Virus record (IMG/VR): IMGVR_UViG_3300044723_003200
Length of the DNA stretch: 20,000 bases
Direction: 5' to 3' (one strand)
Origin: an uncultured virus (IMG/VR IMGVR_UViG_3300044723_003200)
Taxonomy: Duplodnaviria; Heunggongvirae; Uroviricota; Caudoviricetes
Position numbers and translations under genes: made by a program. How positions within the stretch are numbered: the stretch's first letter is position 1; each line of letters starts with the position of its first letter. Under the pieces are notes generated by a model, which was not told where the DNA came from, searched no databases, and saw only the letters and a program-made list of their open reading frames with translations. Below are positions 8,601 to 15,530 of this stretch, piece after piece.

Positions 8601-8688
8601 TGGATTGGACGCTGACTTACTTGATGGTCAAGAAGGTTCTTATTATCGAATCAATGTATACAATAACGCAGGTACTCTGTTAAACTAA
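2677..8688 (+). CDS. Large repetitive fibre protein (2003 aa), tail or neck fibre
   Basis: T/S/G/A/D-rich. Contains IIPDSNEAYDLGSSSNKWRDLYLS, repeated EGTNLYYTxAR and GDGSLTYDSATGVFTYTGPSAAEVRAH modules, and the C-terminal fibre motif SGLDADLLDG. SD AAGGA upstream. Sits immediately before gp13, where T4 has gp12 and wac. Confidence 0.85.
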   Translation: MAEKIIVKKVVVGTPIKRVTAGAFAISNLGGVDVTATESDGSILAYNQVSGKYEVTNLRTDANITAEFDSEQNKYTFGLTNTSFTGSIIPDSNEAYDLGSSSNKWRDLYLSGDTIVLGSISLKDSGGQLVFVDSDGNKTGLGLSLITNNTSILSLDSDTGVFTFNDSDIARTDVNEVFHAGLTVNGGATVDSATITTLANTTLIGSQATLDSANIGTLRVTGNTVLDGNLTISGTQTIINTETINLADNTIILNSNATGTPTEDAGIEIERGDLANVSILWDEGEKHWTLGSENLVTTGKLLFGNVYDSEGALPSASVYHGMYAHVHATGRGYFAHAGDWHKLIDSDTTTRQQVYTLSSEVADITDGTITTLYNSNLSGGQATFDSAHSTNLTAATATLDSATATNLASTTLTGGTATFDSATVTNLATTELTGSQATFDSATVTNLATTELTGSQATFDSATITNIRFDNIDAQTTATIRNIFSASGDLSYDSATGQFSFDVETVYTKANFDSDLGDANTGQLPEGTNLYYTTARADSDFDVRLATKTTSDVAEGTNLYYTQVRFDSAFGDKTTTDLTEGTNLYYTTARFDAALATKTTADVAEHNSNLYYTTARADSDAKASLLVNDTGGDGSLTYDSATGVFTYTGPSAAEVRAHLSASGDLSYNSSTGVFSVDIEDVYTQANFDSDFLKRLESQIDSAGITTLTNTNATITSLTGSQATFDSANITSLGAVAGVDATTTSTIRGLFSSSGDLTYNSGTGQFSFDVEDVYTKANFDSDLGDANTGQLPEGSNLYYTDARARNAIGLSDVGGDGSLTYDSATGRFTYTGPSAAEVRAHLTANKGLSVSNGEFNIDSANVRGMFSASGSLSYNSSTGAFSYTDSDRTASQIKGLFSATDAGGDGSFSYSDGVFTYTGPSASEARAHFSGGTGVTITDGSIAIGQSVGTTDNVTFAQTTMDSAIVDGVNFNVLTSRHTNAAGTLYFDSDHQKGLSLVLDTQNNPNPDVTLNIGQEIFLYVHNLTGAQIDNGQAVYISGTAHGKHPQVSLARADASGTAQPTGLATMDIPDGAHGWVTRYGIVRDVNTGGLTAGSTLYLSADSAGEWTTTEVTVDTGYPYHIGRILTADSTAGTILVDGFSEHYEYLRIEDRLKVSGRLEADSASLLNVQFDITTFDSHQPYSEGLLYYDNAHKTLNYNDDITGMVHEIGLQEHQRVFNNSGATIKKGNALYFSGNYTSGDIDVPTVGLADATDVNAYNAQGIAAQDIPNNSYGHCLIAGQLTNVNTAHLSDGTNFFVSVTTPGSHQNASPTYPNFPMCLGWVVKTGDSDNGILLVNQQNHSVRSFRVQTSAHIGTDLQVDGNLTILGSQTTVGTSNVTQGAPFYRLNEGDAIGEAGTTFTGSGLDDAFFAGHFTGTSSQTYYVKIDGVGTGGGGVDTFAVALGSDSEFASPVLTKQNITGDAQLIHSADNISVEFGATTGHDSGDRWSGTASPVNVDTGFFTNRNTGTSGVGYTHMGLWFDVTDEKWKLVDEYDSTPTGTINTADSSFSLATLVADTFEGSLIGAVTGNAQTASALASGQNFSLTGDITASAVSFDGTGAVQLTTAYNPGSIVNADINAAAAIADSKLATISTAGKVNNSATTATDANTGSAIVTRDASGNFAAGTITAELDRSANTTVEAGVYGSTTAIPVLTIDSNGYVDSAGTVGVSGITGVDFDSSNGTLTIQTSTGNFTDVLTLDPFTTADLTENTNLYHTDARARAAISVTDAGGDGSLAYNDGTGVLTYTGPSASEVRAHLTANKGLSVTSGEFNIDSANVRGMFSGGTGITYNSGTGAITTTDGDIVHDNLSGFVANEHIDHTSVSVTAGAGLTGGGTIAATRTIDVVGGKGIIANANDIQIDSANVRGMFSAGGDLAYNSGTGEFSVTKFTTADARSAISAGGDLSYNSSTGVMSYTKQTASELLTAVKTVDGASSGLDADLLDGQEGSYYRINVYNNAGTLLN
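3931..4064 (+). repeat. 60-bp in-frame tandem repeat (2 full copies plus a partial third) encoding FDSATVTNLATTELTGSQAT
   Basis: 3931-3990 and 3991-4050 differ at one base (gactcc/gactct). The third copy starts at 4051 (tttgactctgcgac). More degenerate copies lie upstream at about 3826-3930. Confidence 0.95.
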
Positions 8689-8689
8689 G

Positions 8690-8697
8690 GATAAATA
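8690..8697 (+). promoter_or_regulatory. Probable late promoter variant (GATAAATA) upstream of gp13
   Basis: One mismatch to TATAAATA, ending 5 nt before the ATG at 8703. Confidence 0.55.
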
Positions 8698-8702
8698 GTT
8701 AG

Positions 8703-9500
8703 ATGTCAAGTTATCAAAAAATCGGAAGTAGATCCGAATTCATCGAATATTGTCTCCGTAAATTGGGCGCGCCTGTCATTGAAATTAACGTCGATGATGA
8801 ACAAATCGAAGATCGTGTAAACGATGCTTTACAATTATTTACTGAGTATGATGGTGACGGTAGTTTCCGCGCATACTCAGTGAAGACGATAACTCAGGAT
8901 ATAATTGATCGTGGCTACATTGATTTTGATGAAGATGGTGTAAACCCCAACATTAGTTCTGATAACATTCTGAGTGTTCTTCGTGTATTCCCAATCGATG
9001 ACCATGCATCAAGCTCTAACTTCTTTGATATCAAATATCAGATGCGCCTGAATGATATGTGGGACTTAAACACTGGTATTGGGGATCTAGCATACTTTGA
9101 ACAGATGCAACAATATCTGTCTACCATTGATATGAAATTGACCGGACACCCACAGATCCAGTACGTCCAAGCGGGAAATACTTTGAACATCTTTGGTGAC
9201 ATTGCAGGCAGCCATGGAGATCTTCAAGTAGGTGATAAGATTTTGATTGAACTGTATATTGCTACCGATCCGAATGGAAATGGTAGGGTATATAACAACA
9301 TCTTCTTGAAAGAGTATGCTACAGCACTTATTAAAGAACAATGGGGTGCGAACCTAATAAAGTTTGACGGAATGACCCTGCCGGGCGGTGTCCAGTTAAA
9401 TGGTCGCCAAATTTATGAGGACGCAAAGCAAGAGATCGAAGTAATTCGTCAACGAATATATAATGAGTATGACACGCCACCGGACTTCTTCGTAGGATAA
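8703..9500 (+). CDS. gp13: Neck protein gp13
   Basis: YCLRKLGAPVIEINVDDEQIEDR at the N-terminus and KEQWGANLIKFDGMTLPGGVQLNG near the C-terminus; T4 synteny. Confidence 0.95.
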   Translation: MSSYQKIGSRSEFIEYCLRKLGAPVIEINVDDEQIEDRVNDALQLFTEYDGDGSFRAYSVKTITQDIIDRGYIDFDEDGVNPNISSDNILSVLRVFPIDDHASSSNFFDIKYQMRLNDMWDLNTGIGDLAYFEQMQQYLSTIDMKLTGHPQIQYVQAGNTLNIFGDIAGSHGDLQVGDKILIELYIATDPNGNGRVYNNIFLKEYATALIKEQWGANLIKFDGMTLPGGVQLNGRQIYEDAKQEIEVIRQRIYNEYDTPPDFFVG

Positions 9501-9504
9501 TATA

Positions 9505-10377
9505 ATGGCAACGAACCCGTATTTCAAGCAAGGTGTTCGTTCTGAACAAAATGTCTATGAGGATATCATCATTGAAGCCCTCAAGATGTACGGTCAGGAT
9601 GTATATTACCTCCCACGCGAAATAGTCAACAAGGACAAGATCTTTGGGGACGATGTGCCATCACGATTTGGTTCTTCGTATAAGGTGGAAATGTACATTG
9701 AGAATACCGAAGCGTTTGACGGGGAAGGTGATCTATTCACTAAGTTTGGTATTGAGTTAAGAGACCAAGCAAACTTTATTGTTTCCAGAAAGAGATGGAA
9801 GCAACTTGTAGGCACTCGACTGTCAGAGAATAACTTCCGTCCACGCGAAGGCGATCTAATCTACTTGACGCTGTCCAACTCCATGTTTGAGATACGGAGA
9901 GTAGAGACCGAGACTCCGTTTTATCAGCTGAGTCAATTGCCTACATTCCGTATGCAGTGCGAACTGTTTGAATACAATGACGAAGACTTTGATACGGGTA
10001 TTGACGCAATACAAGAGATTGAGGCAGAAGATGCCTTCCAGTATGCGTTGACATTAGACTCAGCTAGTGTTGGATACACAGTGGGCGAGACAATAGAACA
10101 AGAATTTGCCACCTATACAATGAAGGGTGAGGTATCTGATTGGTCTGACTCAGACAGAGTCTTGCAATTGGTACATGTGGGTGCAACCGATGGTAAGTTC
10201 CATGAGTTTACCACTACAACACAAGTTAAAGGCTTGACCAGTCTTGGTGTTGCTACTCCAACTCTTGTCACACAACTACAGAACATTCAAGCTGACGCAC
10301 AGAACTCAGTATTCGATGACTTTGAGAGTGACTTCTTGGACTTCTCTGAGAGTAACCCATTTGGAGATATCCAGTAA
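9505..10377 (+). CDS. gp14: Neck protein gp14
   Basis: YGQDVYYLPRE, GDLFTKFGIE, RPREGDLIY, PFYQL and C-terminal DFSESNPFG; synteny. Confidence 0.95.
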   Translation: MATNPYFKQGVRSEQNVYEDIIIEALKMYGQDVYYLPREIVNKDKIFGDDVPSRFGSSYKVEMYIENTEAFDGEGDLFTKFGIELRDQANFIVSRKRWKQLVGTRLSENNFRPREGDLIYLTLSNSMFEIRRVETETPFYQLSQLPTFRMQCELFEYNDEDFDTGIDAIQEIEAEDAFQYALTLDSASVGYTVGETIEQEFATYTMKGEVSDWSDSDRVLQLVHVGATDGKFHEFTTTTQVKGLTSLGVATPTLVTQLQNIQADAQNSVFDDFESDFLDFSESNPFGDIQ

Positions 10378-11156
10378 TGTTTGGAACATGGTTTTATCAT
10401 AAGAGAGTCAGAACAGCAGTGTCCGTATTCGGATCTATGTTCAATAACCTCTATGTCTTGCGAGAGAACTCGGCTGGTGAGATTATCTCACAGGTTAAAG
10501 TACCTCTGTCTTATGCACCAAAAAGAAACTTCATCTCGCGACTAGAACAGATGAGTAACGGTGAAGAAGCAGAGCGCAGACTTGCCATCAAGTTGCCTCG
10601 CATGTCGTTTGAGATTACGAACATGCAGTACGATGCAACTCGACAGTTACCCAAGACCAATGCAATCTCCAAGGTTGTGGCTGACACGGTAACCAGTAGA
10701 CGCAAACTCTATACGTCTACCCCGTATACGATTTCATTTCAGTTGAATGTATACTCCAAGTCACAGGATGATGCACTACAGATCGTAGAACAGATCTTAC
10801 CATACTTTACGCCACAATATACCTTGACAATCAAACCGTTTGCTGATATAGACACTCTAACAGAAGATGTTCCTGTCACATTGTCTGGTGTGAGTTTTTC
10901 GGATGACTTTGAGGGTGCACTGGAACAGCGTAGGACAATCATATATACATTAGACTTTGAAATGAAGATTGCTCTGTACGGGCCAGAATCTAATAAGTCA
11001 ATCATCCGTGATGTTCGCAACAACTTGTTCTTACAAGAGGCGGGTCTGGCAGACAGTGATGTGTATATTAAGACTCTGAAGATCACTCCTGACCCATCTT
11101 CAGTAAATGCTGATAGTGACTATGGATTCATCGAAACCGATTTGGATAGTGCATAA
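10377..11156 (+). CDS. gp15: Tail sheath stabilizer / tail terminator gp15
   Basis: MFGTWFYH, KVPLSYAPK, LPRMSFE, QIVEQILPYFTP and RRTIIYTLDF; synteny. Confidence 0.95.
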   Translation: MFGTWFYHKRVRTAVSVFGSMFNNLYVLRENSAGEIISQVKVPLSYAPKRNFISRLEQMSNGEEAERRLAIKLPRMSFEITNMQYDATRQLPKTNAISKVVADTVTSRRKLYTSTPYTISFQLNVYSKSQDDALQIVEQILPYFTPQYTLTIKPFADIDTLTEDVPVTLSGVSFSDDFEGALEQRRTIIYTLDFEMKIALYGPESNKSIIRDVRNNLFLQEAGLADSDVYIKTLKITPDPSSVNADSDYGFIETDLDSA

Positions 11157-11500
11157 TGAGTGATGAAAAAAGAATCAAGGATGACTACGAATACTCTCGT
11201 GATACCTACTACGATATTCTAGAGAAGGGTAAAGAGAGCATGGAACTGATGATTGAGGTCGCTCGTGAGTCAGAGCATCCTCGTGCCTTTGAGGTTCTCT
11301 CGACCATGATGAAGAACATGGCTGATGTCAACGACAAGTTGATGGATTTGAATAAGAAGAACAAAGAAATCAACACAAAAGATGAACCCAAGCAGGTAGG
11401 CCATACCACAAACAATTTATTCGTAGGCACCACGACTGATTTGCAGCGACTTATTAATGATGAAAAGAACATTATAGATGTTGAATCCAAACCAGAATGA
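11156..11500 (+). CDS. gp16: Terminase small subunit gp16
   Basis: DDYEYSR, ARESEHPRAFEV and NNLFVGTTTDLQ; directly before the large subunit. Confidence 0.92.
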   Translation: MSDEKRIKDDYEYSRDTYYDILEKGKESMELMIEVARESEHPRAFEVLSTMMKNMADVNDKLMDLNKKNKEINTKDEPKQVGHTTNNLFVGTTTDLQRLINDEKNIIDVESKPE

Positions 11501-13097
11501 GTCCTATCTTGGCAATATCAATGTCAAGCGAGACGGAGTTCAACACAATTTCACCGAAGAAGAGATCAAGGAATATATCAAGTGTTCCAAAGACCCCGTA
11601 TACTTTTGTAAAAAATATCTAAAAGTCATCTCCCTTGATGATGGATTAGTGCCATTCAATCTATACCCATATCAGGAGAAGATGTTTGATCATTTCAACA
11701 ACAACCGATTTAGCATTGTCCTTGCATGTAGACAGTCTGGTAAGTCTATATCTTCTGTCGGTTATCTCATTTGGTTTGCTTGTTTTCACAGTGAAAAAAC
11801 TATTGCAATTCTAGCAAACAAGGGTGCGACTGCGAGGGAGATGTTGTCTCGTGTCACCTTGATGTTAGAGAACCTACCATTCTTTCTCCAGCCAGGATGC
11901 AAGGCACTCAACAAGGGTTCTATTGAGTTTAGTAACAACTCACGCATCATCGCTGCGGCAACGTCCGGTAGTTCTATTCGTGGTATGTCTGTGAACCTAC
12001 TGTTCTTGGACGAGTTCGCTTTTGTGGAACGTGCGAATGAGTTCTATACATCCACCTATCCGGTAATCTCGGCTGGTAAAGATACTAAGGTGATTATCAC
12101 ATCTACCGCAAATGGTATCGGTAATACCTTCCACAAGATATGGGAGGGAGCGGTTCAGAAGGTGAACGAGTTCGTCCCCTTCACGGTAAACTGGAACGAT
12201 GTTCCTGGCCGCGACGAGGAATGGAAGCGACAAACTATCGCCAACACTTCGCAGTTACAGTTCGACCAAGAATTTGGTAACACCTTCTTTGGTACAGGTG
12301 ATACACTCATCAACGCCGAGACATTATTGTCGTTCAGGGCAAAACCGCCACAACAAGCGCTTGAGGGGGCGGATCTACTCGTATACGATACCCCACAGAA
12401 AGGACATGAATATGTTATGACTGTGGACGTATCAAAGGGAAGAGGACAGGATTATTCTACGTTTAACGTAATCGACATTAGCATGAGACCTTTCAAACAG
12501 GTTGCTGTCTATCGCAATAATACTATATCTCCAATACTCTTTCCTAATATTATCTATAAGTATGCGAAACTCTGGAATGAGGCATATGTGGTTATTGAAT
12601 CAAATGACCAAGGTACGTTGGTATGTCAGGGCCTCTACCAAGATCTAGAGTATGAGAACATCCACATGGAATCTGCTATCAAGGCAGACCGTATCGGCAT
12701 TGAGATGAATCGCAAAGTAAAACGTCTTGGATGTTCTGCGATCAAAGATATCCTAGAAGAGAATAAACTGGATATCGTGGACGAGAATACTATCCTAGAA
12801 ATATCTACCTTTGTGTCCAAGGGGCAATCCTACGAGGCCTCAGACGGTAACCACGATGACTTGATGATGAATCTGGTCATGTTTGGTTACTTTGTATCTA
12901 CGCAGTTCTTTGCTGACCTGACCGACATAAACCTAAAAGAAATCATGTTTGCAAAGAAGATGAAAGAGATCGAAGACGATGTCCCGCCCGTTGGCTTCAT
13001 CGATGATGGGCTGGAAGAAGTCAGACATGAAGAACAACAAAAATCCATGGGATGGCACAACTTCGAGGGTGCAGACATCGGCGTAGAAGAATGGTAA
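11478..13097 (+). CDS. gp17: Terminase large subunit gp17
   Basis: LYPYQ adenine-binding motif, Walker A CRQSGKS, Walker B LLFLDEFAF, ITSTANG, and nuclease motifs VDVSKGRGQDYS and HDDLMM. No intron or intein is evident. Confidence 0.98.
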   Translation: MLNPNQNESYLGNINVKRDGVQHNFTEEEIKEYIKCSKDPVYFCKKYLKVISLDDGLVPFNLYPYQEKMFDHFNNNRFSIVLACRQSGKSISSVGYLIWFACFHSEKTIAILANKGATAREMLSRVTLMLENLPFFLQPGCKALNKGSIEFSNNSRIIAAATSGSSIRGMSVNLLFLDEFAFVERANEFYTSTYPVISAGKDTKVIITSTANGIGNTFHKIWEGAVQKVNEFVPFTVNWNDVPGRDEEWKRQTIANTSQLQFDQEFGNTFFGTGDTLINAETLLSFRAKPPQQALEGADLLVYDTPQKGHEYVMTVDVSKGRGQDYSTFNVIDISMRPFKQVAVYRNNTISPILFPNIIYKYAKLWNEAYVVIESNDQGTLVCQGLYQDLEYENIHMESAIKADRIGIEMNRKVKRLGCSAIKDILEENKLDIVDENTILEISTFVSKGQSYEASDGNHDDLMMNLVMFGYFVSTQFFADLTDINLKEIMFAKKMKEIEDDVPPVGFIDDGLEEVRHEEQQKSMGWHNFEGADIGVEEW

Positions 13098-13099
13098 TG

Positions 13100-13107
13100 T
13101 ATAAATA
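13100..13107 (+). promoter_or_regulatory. T4-type late promoter for genes 18-19
   Basis: Exact TATAAATA just after the gp17 stop codon. Confidence 0.88.
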
Positions 13108-13166
13108 AAGGTATGTGAAAATAACCGTATTATGAAAACTTATAATAGATACAAAGGATAAAAGTT

Positions 13167-14936
13167 ATGGCACTTTTTACACCCTCTGCTTCTCCTGCTG
13201 TAACAGTAAAAGAAATTGACCTGACGGGCGTGGTGCCTAATGTTCAAACTTCTACTGGTGCATTTGTGGGGAACTTTGGTTGGGGGCCTGTTGGAGTTGC
13301 AACTCTAGTCTCAGATGAATCTGGGCTCGTAAGTACCTTCTCGGCACCAACCGACGATAATACGGTAGATTTCCATTCTGCTGCGTATTTTTTACGTTAC
13401 TCAAACTCTATGTTTGTTGTTCGTGAGCAGGATAGTGATGGCGTTAACGCTGTTGCTAACCATACTTCCCTAGGCAGTTTGACTGCACAAGCAATCAATA
13501 ACTTGGACGCATTTGAAGACCTATCTCTTGATAGTTCTGACGGTGCATTTATCGCTAAATATCCAGGCTCACTTGGTAACTCTCTAAAAATCTCCATCGT
13601 GGGTTCTGACTCCGATAATGGTGGGACAACCAACTTTAACGCATGGGCATATAAAGATGAGTTCGATGCTGCTCCTAGCACATCATCCTTCGTATCCGCT
13701 CTCGGTGGTAAGAACGACGAAATTCACGTTGCTGTTATCGACGAAGATGGCGAGATTACGGGGACTGCTGGAACAATCCTCGAAACCTTCCCATTCTTGT
13801 CTGTTGCTAAAAACGCAAAAGCTTCGGACGGAACATCTAACTACTTCAAAGATGTTCTGAAACTCCGTTCTTCTTGGGTCTATGCTGGTGTAGCTCACAC
13901 AGGTGACTCCGCTAGTGTATCCGATTTCATCGGTGCAAACTGGGGCGCAAACGCGACGACTGGATCTGAGGACTTCAAATCAGACTTCAAATACTCATCC
14001 GCACAAAGCACATGGTCATTCACCTCTGGTGTGACTTCAAGTTCTTTGGGAACTGATGACATTCTACGTGGTTTTGACAAGTTTGAGGACAAAGAGAATA
14101 TCGAAGTAGACTTCTTGATTGCCCCCGAATCACTCGCAGACGCAACCGCAACTACGATTGTAAATGACCTTGTATCTATTGCAGGTACTACTCGCAAGGA
14201 CTGTGTGGCAGTTGCCTCACCTTCTCGTGCGGCTGTAGTCACCACTGGTACTAACACCGCTATCTTAGCGTGTAACAATACCTACACTAAGTCATCCTAC
14301 TTAGTACAAGACAACAACTACTTGAAAGTCTTTGATAAGTACAACGACAAGTACATCAAGATTCCTGCTGCATCATCCACTGCGGGTCTCATGGCTGCTA
14401 CCGACTTAGTCGCTGCACCATGGTTCTCTCCTGCTGGTTCGAGACGAGGACGATATCAGGGTATTACCGATATCATCGTGTCTCCGACGAAGGCAGAACG
14501 AGATGCATTGTACAAAGCAGGTATCAACCCGATTGCCAATATCCCAGGCGAGGGTATCATGCTCTTTGGTGATAAGACCAACGAGTCACGGCCTTCTGCA
14601 TTCGACCGAATCAATGTTCGTCGTTTGTTCTTGGGTGTTGAAAGGGCAATCGCAATTGCAGGACGCAACGTAATGTTTGAGTTCAACGACGAGTTTACTC
14701 GTGCGGAGTTCGTGAACATCGTTGAACCATTCCTTCGCGAGATTCAAGGACGCCGTGGTATCACGGACTTCCGAGTAGTCTGCGACGAAACGAATAACAC
14801 GCCTGCTGTTGTTGACCGCAACGAATTTATCGCTAGCATCTTCATCAAACCTGCCCGTTCTATCAACTACGTAACATTGAACTTCGTAGCGGTAAGGACT
14901 GGCGTCGAGTTTGAAGAAGTCGTTGGCACAGTATAA
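13167..14936 (+). CDS. gp18: Tail sheath protein gp18
   Basis: SPAVTVKEIDLT, FGWGP, AKYPGSLGNSL, PWFSPAG, FDRINVRRLF, FEFNDEFTR and IKPARSINYVTLNFVA. Confidence 0.98.
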   Translation: MALFTPSASPAVTVKEIDLTGVVPNVQTSTGAFVGNFGWGPVGVATLVSDESGLVSTFSAPTDDNTVDFHSAAYFLRYSNSMFVVREQDSDGVNAVANHTSLGSLTAQAINNLDAFEDLSLDSSDGAFIAKYPGSLGNSLKISIVGSDSDNGGTTNFNAWAYKDEFDAAPSTSSFVSALGGKNDEIHVAVIDEDGEITGTAGTILETFPFLSVAKNAKASDGTSNYFKDVLKLRSSWVYAGVAHTGDSASVSDFIGANWGANATTGSEDFKSDFKYSSAQSTWSFTSGVTSSSLGTDDILRGFDKFEDKENIEVDFLIAPESLADATATTIVNDLVSIAGTTRKDCVAVASPSRAAVVTTGTNTAILACNNTYTKSSYLVQDNNYLKVFDKYNDKYIKIPAASSTAGLMAATDLVAAPWFSPAGSRRGRYQGITDIIVSPTKAERDALYKAGINPIANIPGEGIMLFGDKTNESRPSAFDRINVRRLFLGVERAIAIAGRNVMFEFNDEFTRAEFVNIVEPFLREIQGRRGITDFRVVCDETNNTPAVVDRNEFIASIFIKPARSINYVTLNFVAVRTGVEFEEVVGTV

Positions 14937-14946
14937 GGAGTAGGAA

Positions 14947-15474
14947 ATGGCGATTTTAGGCGTAGACGATTTTAAGTCGAAACTCAGAGGGGGCGGTGCT
15001 CGTCCTAATCTGTTCAAGGCAACGGTCAACTTTCCAGGCTACGCAGGCGGGGATGTCGAACTGACATCCTTCCTGTGCAAAACTGCTCAGTTACCTGCCT
15101 CTGTCATGAATGTCATCGAAGTACCATTCCGTGGTAGACAGCTCAAGATTGCGGGTGACCGCACTTTTGAAACGTGGACTGTCACGGTACTGAACGATAC
15201 GGATTTCAATGTTCGTAGCGCAATGGAACGATGGATGAACGGCATCAATGCTCACCAAGCAAATACTGGTCTGACTAATCCTATTGATTATCAGGCAGAC
15301 TTGATTGTTGAACAACTTGACCGTGACGAAAGTGTACTCAAGAAGTACAACTTCCGTGGATGTTTTCCTGTAAATGTATCTGCAATCGACGTAAGTTACG
15401 AGACTGTAGATACCGTGGAAGAGTTCACGGTAGAGTTCCAAGTCCAGTACTGGGAATCTGACACGACCAGTTAA
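14947..15474 (+). CDS. gp19: Tail tube protein gp19
   Basis: GGARPNLF, LPAS, VPFRGRQLKIAGDRTFETWTVTV and EEFTVEF; follows gp18; SD AAGGAG. Confidence 0.97.
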   Translation: MAILGVDDFKSKLRGGGARPNLFKATVNFPGYAGGDVELTSFLCKTAQLPASVMNVIEVPFRGRQLKIAGDRTFETWTVTVLNDTDFNVRSAMERWMNGINAHQANTGLTNPIDYQADLIVEQLDRDESVLKKYNFRGCFPVNVSAIDVSYETVDTVEEFTVEFQVQYWESDTTS

Positions 15475-15480
15475 TCTGGT

Positions 15481-15488
15481 TATAAGTA
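15481..15488 (+). promoter_or_regulatory. Possible late promoter variant (TATAAGTA) for the portal gene
   Basis: One mismatch to TATAAATA, in the gene 19-20 gap immediately before the hairpin. Confidence 0.5.
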
Positions 15489-15489
15489 G

Positions 15490-15517
15490 AGGGGTAGGGT
15501 AGTCCTACCCCTTTATT
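15490..15517 (+). terminator. Stem-loop, probable intrinsic terminator after gene 19
   Basis: AGGGGTAGG (15490-15498), loop GTAGT, CCTACCCCT (15504-15512): a perfect 9-bp inverted repeat followed by a short, interrupted T tract (TTATT). Confidence 0.75.
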
Positions 15518-15530
15518 ATGAGGAATGTAA

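Noticed and set aside
2677..8688. DSA sites as substrates of the Bacteroidota host D-(S/T)-(A/I/L/V/M/T) O-glycosylation pathway
   Set aside because: That pathway acts on exported proteins and accepts DT. Here DT is not enriched and DSD/DSE/DSG are common. The phage also uses clear Shine-Dalgarno sites and a TTGACA-type promoter, which are atypical of Bacteroidota. Not fully excluded.
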